The notes below the pieces were generated by a model, which saw only the letters and a list, made by a program, of their open reading frames with translations, was not told where the DNA came from and searched no databases. Shown piece by piece: positions 9,299 to 19,623 of a stretch of DNA of 64,000 nt. Numbering within the stretch: position 1 is the first letter of the stretch; every line of letters starts with the position of its first letter. Source of the stretch: an uncultured Clostridia bacterium (GTDB taxonomy: Bacteria > Bacillota > Clostridia > Christensenellales > CAG-917); the NCBI GenBank assembly GCA_947628855.1, contig CANRBM010000001.1, forward strand, positions 575 to 64,574, written 5' to 3'. Made by a program: the position numbers and the translations under genes.

Positions 9299-10873
9299 TC
9301 AGAACTTCGTGAAGCGCGCTTTGTGCTCCCTGTCGTACCAATAGGTGCGATTTTCGCCCTTCGCGTGTGTGTCATACCATACCTGCGCGTAGAAGGGCAT
9401 AAACTTTGAAAGCCTGTCATAGTCCCAAGGTTGCGGCTGACAACACGTCGGGCACCAATGTCCCGCCTTGAGCACGGTGTAGGGGGAGGCGAAGAAGCGG
9501 TGTCCGTCGTGGCACTCCCACTCGAGTTTTGTATACAGGTCCCCCTTCGTCATGCTCTCGGACAGGCACCTGCCGCCTCTGAACGCCGCCGCGTCGCGCA
9601 TATCCTCGATGTCGAGTTCGCTGTCCGGCTTTGTCTCGTCATAGCCGTGGTTGAGATGATATCCGTTCTCCTTGACGTGCTCGAGGTTGCGCATTTCGTC
9701 ATAGTCTATGCTGCCGTCGGCAAGCTGTCCCTTTGCGAGGACGGGGAATTTGCTCCAATCCTCGGGCATGTTCGTCACGTTTTCGGGACTGCCGAAGAAA
9801 GCGCGCACCTTGCCCGCGTCGTCGCTCGCTATCCACTTGCGCGGCGCATTCTCGTCCTTGAGCAGCCTCTCTATCGCCAGCTTGCGTATCAGCCCCGCGG
9901 GGAAGAGCTTTGCCACTCTATAGTAGCTGTGCTTTTTGAGTATCTCCGTCCAATAGTCCTTTATGTCCTCCTTTTGGAAGTCAAAATAGTCGTTTAAGAC
10001 GTCGCTGTCCTCAAACCACATGCAGTGGAAGTTTCGGAGCGAGTTCCATTGCGGTTTCATGAATTTCTCCGTGGAGCCGCCTATTATCTCGAAGCCTTGA
10101 TCGAAGGTGTCATAGCCCGTGACTCTGTTGCGCGCTCCGCCGCCTATGTTGTAGCACTTCTTCCAGAATTTTTCGTCAAGCTGTCCCGATGCGTCCTTCT
10201 CCACGAGGTTTTTCAAAAGCCTGCCACTGTCGCGCGCGGTCACCCACTCTATGGGCGCGTTGAAACAGGTGTGGAACATCAGCCCGTCCTTCATGTTGTT
10301 GGTCAGCATACGGCTGTGCAGCATGCCCGTCTGGCGAAGTACCGCCCAACAGGCGAGGTCACTGTCAAGCACATATCTCTCGCCCTTTATCTTGCTTGCG
10401 GAGTACTCGTCGTATACGCTCGATATGAGGGGATCGCCCACGCGCCCCCACGGGTGCTTGTAGTTGCGGTTGCCGTATATCGCTACGGTGGAAATGTGTA
10501 CGAATTTGGGTTGCTTGTCGCCAAGCTCCTGCACCGCATTGACAAGATTTATGGTGCCCAAGCGGTTGCAGTCGTCCGTCTCCTTGGGGTAGTGATCCGC
10601 CATAGGGGGGATGACCGCCGCGAGATGAAGCACGTAGTCCGCGTCCTTCACGAGCTCGCGGCACTTTTCCATATCCGCGATATTGCCGAAAATTATTTGC
10701 ACTCTGTCCTTATACTTTTTGCGCACGGCGCGCGCATAGCGTCTCTCGCGCCTTTCGTTGAGCAAAAGCGCCTTCACCCTGACAACTCTGTCAAGCTCCA
10801 TGAGCTGCGAGAGCGTCTCCATGCCCATATTGCCGCTCGCGCCCGTCATTGCGACTACGACTTTGTCTTTCAT
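9299..10873 (-). CDS. NAD(P)-binding SDR/epimerase-family protein with a Cys/His-rich C-terminal extension (524 aa)
   Basis: Rossmann motif VVAMTGASGNMG. SDR-like YSASK. The C-terminus reads CHDGH...WCPTCC. Confidence 0.7.
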   Translation of the reverse strand: MKDKVVVAMTGASGNMGMETLSQLMELDRVVRVKALLLNERRERRYARAVRKKYKDRVQIIFGNIADMEKCRELVKDADYVLHLAAVIPPMADHYPKETDDCNRLGTINLVNAVQELGDKQPKFVHISTVAIYGNRNYKHPWGRVGDPLISSVYDEYSASKIKGERYVLDSDLACWAVLRQTGMLHSRMLTNNMKDGLMFHTCFNAPIEWVTARDSGRLLKNLVEKDASGQLDEKFWKKCYNIGGGARNRVTGYDTFDQGFEIIGGSTEKFMKPQWNSLRNFHCMWFEDSDVLNDYFDFQKEDIKDYWTEILKKHSYYRVAKLFPAGLIRKLAIERLLKDENAPRKWIASDDAGKVRAFFGSPENVTNMPEDWSKFPVLAKGQLADGSIDYDEMRNLEHVKENGYHLNHGYDETKPDSELDIEDMRDAAAFRGGRCLSESMTKGDLYTKLEWECHDGHRFFASPYTVLKAGHWCPTCCQPQPWDYDRLSKFMPFYAQVWYDTHAKGENRTYWYDREHKARFTKF

Positions 10874-10969
10874 AAACTATCTCCCGAAAGTTTTTTACAA
10901 TATCATTTTTGCACATCATTCTTGCATGGTCGTGACAAATTTCTTACAAATTTCTTACAAAGTTTTTTA

Positions 10970-11133
10970 CCCCACGAAATCACTGTGTGATTTCGTGGGG
11001 ACCCCGAGAAAGCTCGGACAAACGTTGCGTTATTTCGCTCTGACTAGGGGATGTTTCGACAAGCTCAACATGACGGCGTGTATAAGTGCGCTCGGACAGA
11101 GGGGATTCCTCGACTGCGCTCGGAATGACAACT
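10970..11133. repeat. intergenic modular hairpin repeat cluster (copy 2)
   Basis: ccccacgaaatcactgtgtgatttcgtgggg-accccg hairpin. Also carries the ggggatgtttcgacaagctcaacatgac and ggggattcctcgactgcgctcggaatgaca modules shared with 28737-28817, 30298-30325 and 55913-56038. Confidence 0.8.
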
Positions 11134-11423
11134 ATGGCAGGGGGGAGCAATACGCGCGCGGGCGCACATAAGTGTGTGCGCATACGTACGTACATTAAAA
11201 AATTAAGAAACGGGCGAAGCGATTGGGGCGGGGGTAATGGCAGACGGGCGAAACCGGTGGGCGTGAGTGGCAAAGGCAGACGATGGGGCGACGGCGAGGA
11301 CAATAAAAATAGGGCGGAGAGAGGGAAAACGCAAGATGTTGCGGTGGGGAGGAGAGGCAAAATACAAGCGAAAATTTTTTTTGAAAATATGTAAAAATTT
11401 TTTGAAATTTAAGTTGAAAATGT

Positions 11424-11452
11424 TTGACAAAGGGGCGGTGGTCCGCTATTAT
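11424..11452 (+). promoter_or_regulatory. sigma-A promoter of the S10 operon
   Basis: TTGACA (11424-11429), 17-nt spacer, TATTAT (11447-11452). The ~120-nt leader contains the hairpin gcgccttcgggcgc. Confidence 0.6.
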
Positions 11453-11575
11453 ATTACAGTATCTGCTTAGGCAGAGGTTTGTTTTGCGCCTTCGGGCGCA
11501 GGAAAAATATAAAGACACACGCGGATAGGTGTTAAATAATCAAAGATATCCGCGACGAATAAGTAGGAGGCTAAA

Positions 11576-11884
11576 ATGGCTGGACAAAAAATCAGAATCA
11601 AGCTCAAGGCTTACGATCACAACCTTATCGACCTTTCTGCGGAAAGGATAGTCGAGACCGTCAAAAAGACAGGCACAAAGGTCTCGGGTCCCATCCCTCT
11701 CCCCACGGATAAGGAGATCATCACCATACTTCGTGCGACTCACATGTATAAGGACAGCCGCGAACAGTTTGAACTGAGAACTCACAAACGTTTGATCGAC
11801 ATCTACAACCCCACAAAGAGCACGCTCGACTCCCTCATGAAGCTCGACCTGCCCGCGGGTGTGGACATCTCGATCAAGCTCTGA
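11576..11884 (+). CDS. rpsJ: 30S ribosomal protein S10
   Basis: Translation recognisable as S10 ([10 protein letters not shown]...LDLPAGVDI), with a GGAGG ribosome-binding site (RBS). Confidence 0.97.
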   Translation: MAGQKIRIKLKAYDHNLIDLSAERIVETVKKTGTKVSGPIPLPTDKEIITILRATHMYKDSREQFELRTHKRLIDIYNPTKSTLDSLMKLDLPAGVDISIKL

Positions 11885-11916
11885 CACGACAATTTATTTA
11901 GGAGGGTGATCTTTAC

Positions 11917-12552
11917 ATGGATAAAGCAATCATCGCAAAGAAAATAGGCATGAGCCAGGTCTTTACCAAGGAGGGCAAGGTGATTCCCGTCACAGTGCTC
12001 GAAGCAGGTCCCTGCCCCGTGGTACAGATCAAGACCAAGGAGAACGACGGTTATGAGGCGATACAAGTCGGCTTTGGCACCGTCAAGGAGACAAGGGTGA
12101 ATAAACCCGTCGCCGGCCACTTCAAGAAGGCGGGCGTGACAGTCAAGAAGTATCTGCGCGAACTGAGACTCGCAAACTGCGCAAGCTATACGCTTGGACA
12201 GGAACTGACCTGCGACATCTTCGGCGAAGGCGACAAAGTGGACGTCACGGGCACCTCCAAGGGCCACGGATTTTCGGGCGTCATCCAAAGATGGAACTCT
12301 CAACGTATAGGTTCCATGACGCACGGCACGGGTCCCATACACCGTCATCCCGGTTCTATGGGCGCTTGCTCCTCTCCCTCGAGAGTGTTCAAAAACAAGC
12401 ATATGGCTGGACAGTGGGGGCATGAGCAGGTCACAATGCAAAACCTCACCGTCGTCAGAGTGGACAAGAGCAGAAATCTGCTCCTCGTCAAGGGCGCAGT
12501 CCCCGGCCCCAAGGGCGGAGTGGTCGTCGTCAAGGAGTCCGTCAAGGGCTGA
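11917..12552 (+). CDS. rplC: 50S ribosomal protein L3
   Basis: KKIGMSQVF... L3 sequence in the conserved operon position. Confidence 0.97.
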   Translation: MDKAIIAKKIGMSQVFTKEGKVIPVTVLEAGPCPVVQIKTKENDGYEAIQVGFGTVKETRVNKPVAGHFKKAGVTVKKYLRELRLANCASYTLGQELTCDIFGEGDKVDVTGTSKGHGFSGVIQRWNSQRIGSMTHGTGPIHRHPGSMGACSSPSRVFKNKHMAGQWGHEQVTMQNLTVVRVDKSRNLLLVKGAVPGPKGGVVVVKESVKG

Positions 12553-12565
12553 GCGGAGGTAGGAT

Positions 12566-13186
12566 ATGAAACAGGATGTTTTGAATCTCGCCGGCAAAAA
12601 GGTCGGCACAATCGAAATGAATGACTCCGTTTTCGCTTGCGACTACAACGAGCCCCTCATTCATCAGGTCGTTGTGGCACAGCTTGCAAACAAGCGTCAA
12701 GGCACGCACGCGGCGCTCACTCGTACGGAAGTGCGCGGAGGCGGCTGCAAGCCTTATCGTCAGAAGGGCACGGGTCGCGCGCGTCAAGGCAGCATCGTCG
12801 CTCCTCAATTTGTCGGCGGCGGCGTGGTGTTCGCAAAGAAACCGAGAGACTTCTCTCAAAAAATCAATAAGAATATGAAGAGAGCCGCTCTATATAGCGC
12901 GCTTTCCGAGAAACTGCGTCAAGGCGAAGTCACTGTCATCGACAAGTTCGAGCTTGCCGAGGCAAAGACAAAGCTTGTGGCAGGCGCCGTCAAGGCACTG
13001 TCGCTTGACGGAAGGGTGCTGTTTGTGCTGGGCGACTATTATCCCGCCGCTGTGCAAGCATCCAAGAATATCCCGACGGTCGGCGTTTGCGAGTCGAGAC
13101 AACTCAATGTGTATGACATCGTAGCCACAAAGAATCTTGTCCTCACCGTTGACGCGATCCATACTTTGGAGGAGGACGCACAATGA
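12566..13186 (+). CDS. rplD: 50S ribosomal protein L4
   Basis: L4 motif YRQKGTGRARQGS, in operon order. Confidence 0.97.
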   Translation: MKQDVLNLAGKKVGTIEMNDSVFACDYNEPLIHQVVVAQLANKRQGTHAALTRTEVRGGGCKPYRQKGTGRARQGSIVAPQFVGGGVVFAKKPRDFSQKINKNMKRAALYSALSEKLRQGEVTVIDKFELAEAKTKLVAGAVKALSLDGRVLFVLGDYYPAAVQASKNIPTVGVCESRQLNVYDIVATKNLVLTVDAIHTLEEDAQ

Positions 13187-13473
13187 CAGCATACGACATC
13201 ATTTTGGAACCTATCCTTTCCGAGAAGAGCTATGACGGCATCCCCGCCAAGAAATATGCTTTTAAGGTCGTGAAGGATGCGACAAAGACTCAAATCAAAG
13301 CCGCGGTCGAGAAGATCTTCGGCGTCAAGGTCGCAAAGGTCAATACATGCAATTATGACGGTAAGCTCAAGAGAATGGGCAGAAACGAGGGCAGACGCGC
13401 GGCTTTCAAGAAAGCAGTCGTGACTCTGACCGAGGACAGCAAGGCGATCGAGTTCTTCGAGAGCTTGGCATAA
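13183..13473 (+). CDS. rplW: 50S ribosomal protein L23
   Basis: L23-like sequence with a 4-nt overlap onto rplD. Confidence 0.95.
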   Translation: MTAYDIILEPILSEKSYDGIPAKKYAFKVVKDATKTQIKAAVEKIFGVKVAKVNTCNYDGKLKRMGRNEGRRAAFKKAVVTLTEDSKAIEFFESLA

Positions 13474-13485
13474 GGGAGGCAGATT

Positions 13486-14313
13486 ATGGCTATCAAGAAA
13501 TATAAACCAACATCTCCCGCGCGCCGTTTTATGACGGTCTCCGCGTATGAAGAGATCACATGCACAACTCCCGAGCGCTCCTTGCTCAAACCTCTCGCGA
13601 AGTCGGGCGGCAGAAACGCGCAGGGCAAAATAACCGTGCGCCACATCGGCGGCGGCAACCGCACGAAGTACCGCGTCATCGACTATAAGCGCCTCAAGGA
13701 CGGTATCCCCGCAAAGGTCGCTACGATAGAGTACGATCCCAACCGCTCCGCGAACATCGCGCTGCTCCACTACGCAGACGGCGAGAAGACATATATCCTC
13801 GCTCCTCTCGGACTCAATGTGGGCGACGTGCTTGAAAGCGGTCCCAATGCGGATATCAAGGTCGGCAACGCTTTGCCACTCAGCGCTATCCCCGTCGGTA
13901 CTATGATACACAATATCGAGCTCCAACCCGGCAAGGGCGGCGTCATAGCGAGGGCTGCGGGCAACGCGGCGCAACTTATGGCGAAAGAGGGCAAATACGC
14001 CATCGTGCGTATGCCGAGCGGCGAGATGAGATACATCCTCATCGGCTGCAGGGCTACGATAGGCCAGGTGGGCAACCTCGATCATGAGATCGTCCGCGTG
14101 GGCAAGGCGGGCAAGACGCGCCATATGGGCACAAGACCTACCGTCCGCGGCGTCGTCATGAACCCGAACGACCACCCGCACGGCGGCGGCGAAGGCAAGT
14201 CCCCTGTCGGTATGCCTTCTCCCGTCACTCCGTGGGGCAAGCCCGCTCTCGGCTATAAGACAAGAAAGAAGAAGAATGCTTCAAGCAAGTTCATCATCAA
14301 GCGTGTGAACTAA
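13486..14313 (+). CDS. rplB: 50S ribosomal protein L2
   Basis: L2 sequence ([27 protein letters not shown]). Confidence 0.98.
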   Translation: MAIKKYKPTSPARRFMTVSAYEEITCTTPERSLLKPLAKSGGRNAQGKITVRHIGGGNRTKYRVIDYKRLKDGIPAKVATIEYDPNRSANIALLHYADGEKTYILAPLGLNVGDVLESGPNADIKVGNALPLSAIPVGTMIHNIELQPGKGGVIARAAGNAAQLMAKEGKYAIVRMPSGEMRYILIGCRATIGQVGNLDHEIVRVGKAGKTRHMGTRPTVRGVVMNPNDHPHGGGEGKSPVGMPSPVTPWGKPALGYKTRKKKNASSKFIIKRVN

Positions 14314-14325
14314 TCGGAGGGTAAA

Positions 14326-14604
14326 ATGAGTAGAAGTGTTAAAAAAGGCCCCTATGTTGAAGAGCGCCTTATGAAAAGAATAATCGCTATGAACGAGTCG
14401 GGCGAGAGACAGTCGATAAAGACGTGGTCAAGGAGCTCGACGATCTTCCCCGAGATGGTCGGTCACACGATAGCGGTGCACAACGGCAAACAGCACGTGC
14501 CCGTTTACATCACTGAGGACATGGTCGGTTGCAAGCTCGGCGAGTTCGCACCCACCCGCACCTTCAGAGGCCACGCAGGGTCAAAGACGACCTCGGGCAA
14601 ATAA
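14326..14604 (+). CDS. rpsS: 30S ribosomal protein S19
   Basis: S19 sequence ([10 protein letters not shown]...HNGK.HVPV). Confidence 0.97.
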   Translation: MSRSVKKGPYVEERLMKRIIAMNESGERQSIKTWSRSSTIFPEMVGHTIAVHNGKQHVPVYITEDMVGCKLGEFAPTRTFRGHAGSKTTSGK

Positions 14605-14616
14605 GAGGAGGAGATT

Positions 14617-15006
14617 ATGGCTACAAGAAGTAAGCAAAAGTCACAACTGCGCGAGAGCCTTGCGGACAAGAGACCGCATGCGACCGCAAAGTATATCAGA
14701 ATTTCTCCCTTCAAGGTCAGAGTGGTGCTGAACATAATAAAGGGCAAGCCCGTGAATGAAGCTATCGCCATCCTCGAGAATACTCCCAAGGCGGCAAGCG
14801 AAGTGCTCATCAAACTTGTCAACAGCGCCGCAGCCAACGCGGAGAACAACCAAAATCTGGTGAGAGACGATCTTTATATCGCAGAGTGCTATGCGAACGA
14901 GGGTCCCACCCTCAAGCGCATACAGGCAGTCTCGAAGGGCAGAGCGTATCGCATCAACAAGAGAACGAGCCACATCACAGTCGTGCTCGACAGCAAACAG
15001 GCGTAA
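14617..15006 (+). CDS. rplV: 50S ribosomal protein L22
   Basis: L22-like sequence in operon order. Confidence 0.95.
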   Translation: MATRSKQKSQLRESLADKRPHATAKYIRISPFKVRVVLNIIKGKPVNEAIAILENTPKAASEVLIKLVNSAAANAENNQNLVRDDLYIAECYANEGPTLKRIQAVSKGRAYRINKRTSHITVVLDSKQA

Positions 15007-15019
15007 GGAGGTATACTGA

Positions 15020-15691
15020 ATGGGACAGAAAGTCGATCCAAACGGACTGAGAACCGGCGTCATTAAGGGCTGGAATTCAAAATGGTATGCCGACAAGGCG
15101 CACTTTGCGGACAATATCGTTGAGGACAACAAGATCCGCAAGTTCATCAAGAAGAAGTATTATGAAAGCACGATCTCCAAGATAACCATCGAGAGAGCCG
15201 CGAACAAGGTCATCATCGGTATCTATTCGGGCAGACCCGCTACGCTCATCGGTAAGGCGGGCGCGGGCGTCGCGGAGATCAAGGCGGAAGTAGACAAGCT
15301 CATTGGCGCCGAGGAGACAAAGAGACAAGTCTCCATCAACATCATGGAAGTGCAACATCCGGACGCGGACGCACAACTCGTTGCGGAGAACATCGCAAAG
15401 CAACTCGAGGCGCGCGGCAGTTTCCGTCGCAGCATGAAACAGGCTATGAGCAAGGCTATCAAAGCGGGCGCAAAGGGCATCAAGACTATGGTCAGCGGAC
15501 GCCTTGACGGCGCAGAGATCGCAAGGAGCGAGCAATATAGAGAGGGTTCCATTCCTCTTCAGACCTTGAGAGCGGACATCGACTACGGCGTAGCGACGGC
15601 AAACACGACTTTCGGCGCTATCGGCGTCAAGGTGTGGATCTACAAGGGCGAAGTGCTCGGCAACAATCCACTTGAAGGAGGAAATCAATAA
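15020..15691 (+). CDS. rpsC: 30S ribosomal protein S3
   Basis: S3 sequence ([11 protein letters not shown]..., KH and S3-C regions). Confidence 0.97.
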   Translation: MGQKVDPNGLRTGVIKGWNSKWYADKAHFADNIVEDNKIRKFIKKKYYESTISKITIERAANKVIIGIYSGRPATLIGKAGAGVAEIKAEVDKLIGAEETKRQVSINIMEVQHPDADAQLVAENIAKQLEARGSFRRSMKQAMSKAIKAGAKGIKTMVSGRLDGAEIARSEQYREGSIPLQTLRADIDYGVATANTTFGAIGVKVWIYKGEVLGNNPLEGGNQ

Positions 15692-16128
15692 TGTTAATGC
15701 CTAAACGCGTCAAGAGACGCCGTCAAATGCGTGGCAGAATGAAAGGCAAAGCTATGAGAGGCAACACCGTTGCATACGGAGAGTTTGGGCTCATGGCGAC
15801 GGAGCCGGGTTGGATCACCTCCAATCAGATAGAGGCAGCGCGTGTAGCAATGACAAGATATATCCGCCGCGGCGGACAGGTGTGGGTGGATATCTTCCCC
15901 CATAAGCCCGTTACGCAGAGACCTGCCGGCACTCGTATGGGTTCCGGTAAAGGCGCGCCCGAATACTGGGTCGCAGTGGTAAAGCCGGGCCGCGTAATGT
16001 TTGAGATCGCGGGTATCGACGAATCTATAGCAAGAGAGGCGCTTCGTCTCGCCGCAAACAAACTTCCCGTCAAGTGCAAGTTTGTCAAGGCTGAGGACGT
16101 AAACGGTGCCGAAGGCGGTGAACAATGA
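15691..16128 (+). CDS. rplP: 50S ribosomal protein L16
   Basis: L16 sequence (MLMPKRVK.R...). Confidence 0.97.
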   Translation: MLMPKRVKRRRQMRGRMKGKAMRGNTVAYGEFGLMATEPGWITSNQIEAARVAMTRYIRRGGQVWVDIFPHKPVTQRPAGTRMGSGKGAPEYWVAVVKPGRVMFEIAGIDESIAREALRLAANKLPVKCKFVKAEDVNGAEGGEQ

Positions 16129-16340
16129 AATCTAAGCAGGTTTTGGAAATGTCAGATCAAGAGCTTCAAACAAAGCTCAACGAATTGAAGTCGGAGCTTT
16201 TCTTCCTTCGCTTCAAGCATGCCACCAATCAGCTCAGCAATCCGCAGGTGCTTGTGACTACAAGGCGTGACATCGCCCGCGTCAAGACGGTCATCCGTCA
16301 AAGAGAGCTCGCCCGCGCTAAGGCAGAGCAGAAGGGCTAA
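16125..16340 (+). CDS. rpmC: 50S ribosomal protein L29
   Basis: L29-like sequence with a 4-nt overlap onto rplP. Confidence 0.93.
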   Translation: MKSKQVLEMSDQELQTKLNELKSELFFLRFKHATNQLSNPQVLVTTRRDIARVKTVIRQRELARAKAEQKG

Positions 16341-16352
16341 TCGGAGGAGATT

Positions 16353-16610
16353 ATGGAAGAGAGAAATCTTAGAAAAGAAAGAGTGGGGATCGTCGTCAGC
16401 GATAAGATGGACAAGACCATCGTCGTCGCCATAAGCGAGCGCGTCAAGCACCCCCTTTACAAGAAAATAGTCAGCCGTACCAAGAAGTGCAAGGCACACG
16501 ACGAGAAAAACGAGTGTGGCGTTGGCGACAAGGTGCGCATCGCAGAGACTCGTCCTTTGTCAAAGGACAAGTGCTGGAGACTTGTCGAGATAATCGAGAA
16601 GGCAAAGTGA
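16353..16610 (+). CDS. rpsQ: 30S ribosomal protein S17
   Basis: S17 sequence ([14 protein letters not shown]...). Confidence 0.96.
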   Translation: MEERNLRKERVGIVVSDKMDKTIVVAISERVKHPLYKKIVSRTKKCKAHDEKNECGVGDKVRIAETRPLSKDKCWRLVEIIEKAK

Positions 16611-16622
16611 TCGGAGGGCAGT

Positions 16623-16991
16623 ATGATTCAACCGTTAAGCTGGCTCAAAGTTGCGGATAACAGCGGAGCCAAGGAAATTATGTGCATCAGAGTTCTGGGC
16701 GGTTCATTCAGAAGGAGCGGCAACATCGGCGACGTCATAGTCGCGTCCGTGAAATCTGCTATCCCCGGCGGCAAGGTCAAGAAGGGCGACGTCGTCAAGG
16801 CGGTCATCGTCCGTACGCAGTTCGGTCTGCAACGCGAGGACGGCAGCTACATCAAGTTTGACGACAATGCGGCTGTCATCATCAACGCACAGAAGGACCC
16901 CGTGGGCACCCGTATTTTCGGGCCCATTGCAAGAGAGCTTCGCGAGAAGGAATACACAAAGATAATTTCTCTTGCGCCCGAAGTTCTGTAA
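16623..16991 (+). CDS. rplN: 50S ribosomal protein L14
   Basis: L14 sequence (MIQ....[10 protein letters not shown]). Confidence 0.98.
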   Translation: MIQPLSWLKVADNSGAKEIMCIRVLGGSFRRSGNIGDVIVASVKSAIPGGKVKKGDVVKAVIVRTQFGLQREDGSYIKFDDNAAVIINAQKDPVGTRIFGPIARELREKEYTKIISLAPEVL

Positions 16992-17004
16992 GGAGGACGG
17001 AAAA

Positions 17005-17454
17005 ATGGCAAATTACAGCGTCAAGAAGGGCGACAACGTTGTCGTCATCACCGGAAAGGACAAGGGCAAGGTCGGCAAAGTGCTCAAAGTCAACACCGCG
17101 AATGGCAGGATCTATGTAGAGGGCGTCAACCTCGTGCATAAGAGCAGAAAGCCGAGAAACGCTCAAGAGAAGGGCGGCATCATCGAGCAAGAGGGCACCA
17201 TCGACGTGTCCAACGTCATGCACATCTGCTCGGGTTGCGGCGCGGCGATAAGGGTCAAGCATGAACTGAGAGACGTAAACGGCAAGCAAAAGTCCGTACG
17301 CGTCTGCCCCAAGTGCGGCATAGCCCTCGACGAGAAGAAACAATCCGCCAAGAGAGCGGCAAGAAAGGTCGCCAAAAAGAAGGCGGAAAAGAATACCGAC
17401 AATAAGGCTGATACAAAGGTCGAAAAGTCAAAAAAAGAGTCTAAGAAAGACTGA
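17005..17454 (+). CDS. rplX: 50S ribosomal protein L24 with a Cys4 insertion and Lys-rich tail (149 aa)
   Basis: KOW motif VKKGDNVVVITGKDKGK. The ATG at 17005 follows AGGAGG; the track ORF starts upstream at 16972. Confidence 0.93.
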   Translation: MANYSVKKGDNVVVITGKDKGKVGKVLKVNTANGRIYVEGVNLVHKSRKPRNAQEKGGIIEQEGTIDVSNVMHICSGCGAAIRVKHELRDVNGKQKSVRVCPKCGIALDEKKQSAKRAARKVAKKKAEKNTDNKADTKVEKSKKESKKD

Positions 17455-17472
17455 TAAATCGGAGGTAATATC

Positions 17473-18078
17473 GTGGCAAAAAAGGAAAATCAGGTTGCAA
17501 ACGCACCTGCAACCGATCTCAGTGCTGGTAATGCCGAAAGATATCGCTTGAGAAAGCAGTACACCGAAGAGGTTGTGCCGGCTCTCATCAAACGCTTCGG
17601 CTACAAGAACATCAACGAGGTCCCCCGTCTTGAGAAAATAGTGCTCAATATGGGTCTTGGCGATTGCAAGGACAACAGCAAGTCGTTGCAGCTCGCCGTC
17701 GAGGAGCTGAAGCAGATCGCAGGTCAAAAACCCGTCATCACTAAGGCAAGAAAGTCCGTCGCGAACTTCAAGGTCAGAGAGGGCATGAACGTCGGCGCAA
17801 AGGTGACGCTCCGCGGCACAAGAATGTATGACTTCCTCGACAAATTCATTTCTATCGCGCTCCCGCGCGTCAGAGACTTCCGTGGCATTTCCGCAAAGTC
17901 ATTCGACGGCAGAGGCAACTATGCGATAGGCGTCAAGGAACAACTCATTTTCCCCGAGATCGAATTCGATAAGGTGGAAAAAGTGCGCGGATTCGACATC
18001 TGCATCGTGACGACCGCAAAGACGGACGAAGAGGCACGCGAGCTTTTGAAGCTCATGGGCATGCCTTTTGCAAAGTGA
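17473..18078 (+). CDS. rplE: 50S ribosomal protein L5 (GTG start, ~20-aa N-terminal extension)
   Basis: L5 core ([11 protein letters not shown]...) with GGAGG upstream of the GTG. Confidence 0.93.
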   Translation: MAKKENQVANAPATDLSAGNAERYRLRKQYTEEVVPALIKRFGYKNINEVPRLEKIVLNMGLGDCKDNSKSLQLAVEELKQIAGQKPVITKARKSVANFKVREGMNVGAKVTLRGTRMYDFLDKFISIALPRVRDFRGISAKSFDGRGNYAIGVKEQLIFPEIEFDKVEKVRGFDICIVTTAKTDEEARELLKLMGMPFAK

Positions 18079-18086
18079 GGTGAACT

Positions 18087-18272
18087 ATGGCCAAAACTTC
18101 AATGAAGATCAAGCAACAAAGACCGCAAAAATATTCGACGCGCGAGTATACTCGCTGCCGTATTTGCGGACGTCCGCACGCCGTACTCAGAAAGTACGGT
18201 ATCTGCAGAGTCTGTTTCCGCAATCTTGCCTATAAGGGCGAGCTTCCCGGTGTGAAGAAAGCAAGCTGGTAA
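18087..18272 (+). CDS. rpsN: 30S ribosomal protein S14 type Z (zinc-binding, 61 aa)
   Basis: CRICGRPH...CRVCFR motifs. Confidence 0.96.
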   Translation: MAKTSMKIKQQRPQKYSTREYTRCRICGRPHAVLRKYGICRVCFRNLAYKGELPGVKKASW

Positions 18273-18282
18273 GGAGGAAATT

Positions 18283-18678
18283 ATGACAGATCCCATTGCA
18301 GATATGCTTACAAGAATAAGAAATGCCTTGACCGCAAAGCACGAGACGGTAGATGTCCCCGCAAGCAAGATCAAGGTCGCTATCGCGGATATTCTTTTGA
18401 GAGAAGGTTACATCAAGAGCTATGAGATCGTGGAGGGCGAGGTGCAAAACACCATCTCCATAACGCTCAAGTACGCTCCCAACAAAAACCAGAAGGTCGT
18501 TACGGGCCTCAAGAGAGTTTCAACTCCCGGCTTGCGCGTTTACGCAGGCGTCGACGATATCCCGAAGGTCTTGGGCGGGATGGGCATTGCCATCCTCTCC
18601 ACGTCGCAGGGCATACTCACCGATAAGGAAGCGAGAGCAAAACATGTCGGCGGCGAAGTGCTCGCCTACATTTGGTAA
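18283..18678 (+). CDS. rpsH: 30S ribosomal protein S8
   Basis: S8 sequence ([15 protein letters not shown]). Confidence 0.97.
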   Translation: MTDPIADMLTRIRNALTAKHETVDVPASKIKVAIADILLREGYIKSYEIVEGEVQNTISITLKYAPNKNQKVVTGLKRVSTPGLRVYAGVDDIPKVLGGMGIAILSTSQGILTDKEARAKHVGGEVLAYIW

Positions 18679-18689
18679 GGAGGTGCGTT

Positions 18690-19232
18690 ATGTCAAGAAT
18701 CGGAAGAGCTCCAATTGCTATACCTGCAGGCGTCACCTTTGACAATCAGGACAACCTCATCACGGTGAAGGGACCCTTGGGCACCCTCACTCAGAAGGTG
18801 GACAAGTCCATAGACGTCGTGCTCGAGGACGGGCACATCGTCTGCAAACGTCATTCGGACGATAAAGATCATCGCGCGCTTCACGGCCTCTACCGCGCGC
18901 TCATCCACAATATGGTGGTCGGCGTTACGAAGGGATTTGAGAAGTCGCTTATCGTCGCGGGCGTCGGCTTTAAGATCACCCTCACGGGAAACAACAAGCT
19001 CACTATGAACATAGGCTTTTCTCATCCCGTCGAGTTTACCGCTCCCGAGGGCATTACGTTCGCGCAGCCCGCTCCGCTCGAGATCGTCGTCAAGGGCATA
19101 GACCGCCAGCTCGTCGGTCAGACCGCCGCAACGATCAAGGCTATCAAGCCTGTCGAGCCTTATCACAACTACGGTTTCCACTATAAGAACGAGACCGTTG
19201 TCAAGAAGGTCGGCAAGAGAGCGACTAAGTAA
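18690..19232 (+). CDS. rplF: 50S ribosomal protein L6
   Basis: MSRIGRAPI start after AGGAGG; the track ORF starts at a TTG at 18672. Confidence 0.95.
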   Translation: MSRIGRAPIAIPAGVTFDNQDNLITVKGPLGTLTQKVDKSIDVVLEDGHIVCKRHSDDKDHRALHGLYRALIHNMVVGVTKGFEKSLIVAGVGFKITLTGNNKLTMNIGFSHPVEFTAPEGITFAQPAPLEIVVKGIDRQLVGQTAATIKAIKPVEPYHNYGFHYKNETVVKKVGKRATK

Positions 19233-19243
19233 GAGGTGGCAAT

Positions 19244-19612
19244 ATGATTAAGAAGATAGATAAAAATCAAGACAGAGTCATTCGTCACGCGAGAGTGCGC
19301 AAAAAGATAAGCGGCACGGCAGAGCGTCCTCGTCTCAGCGTGTACAGAAGTACGAATCACATCTACGCTCAACTCATCGACGACGTGAAGGGTCACACCC
19401 TCTGCGCCGCGAGCACCGTTGAAAAGAGCATAGCGGCCGAGGTCGCCGAGCTCACAAAAACGGACGCCGCAAAGAAAGTGGGCGAGGCAGTCGCAAAGAA
19501 GGCGCTCGAGCTCGGCATCACCGAGGTCGTGTTTGACAGAGGCGGCTATCTGTACACAGGCAGAGTTCAAGCTTTGGCAGACGGCGCAAGAGAAGCCGGA
19601 CTGAAGTTCTAA
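19244..19612 (+). CDS. rplR: 50S ribosomal protein L18
   Basis: L18 sequence ([15 protein letters not shown]). Confidence 0.96.
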   Translation: MIKKIDKNQDRVIRHARVRKKISGTAERPRLSVYRSTNHIYAQLIDDVKGHTLCAASTVEKSIAAEVAELTKTDAAKKVGEAVAKKALELGITEVVFDRGGYLYTGRVQALADGAREAGLKF

Positions 19613-19623
19613 GGGAGGGAGTT

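Noticed and set aside
11534-11560. Shared sequence aataatcaaagatat(c/t)cg.. between the rpsJ leader (11536) and the region upstream of the HAD gene (53795)
   Set aside because: It is a 15-nt exact match, and a rough expectation for a 64-kb window on both strands is a few such matches by chance. There is no further similarity.
13039-14181. Long antisense ORFs opposite clear genes (e.g. 13039-14181, 24868-25815, 25560-26618, 29149-30201, 31299-32369, 34803-36254, 43448-44785, 45225-46784, 48255-49691, 50296-51501)
   Set aside because: They lie antisense to confidently identified conserved genes in GC-rich DNA. Their translations are Arg/His/Leu/Ala-rich with no recognisable motifs, as expected for shadow ORFs.
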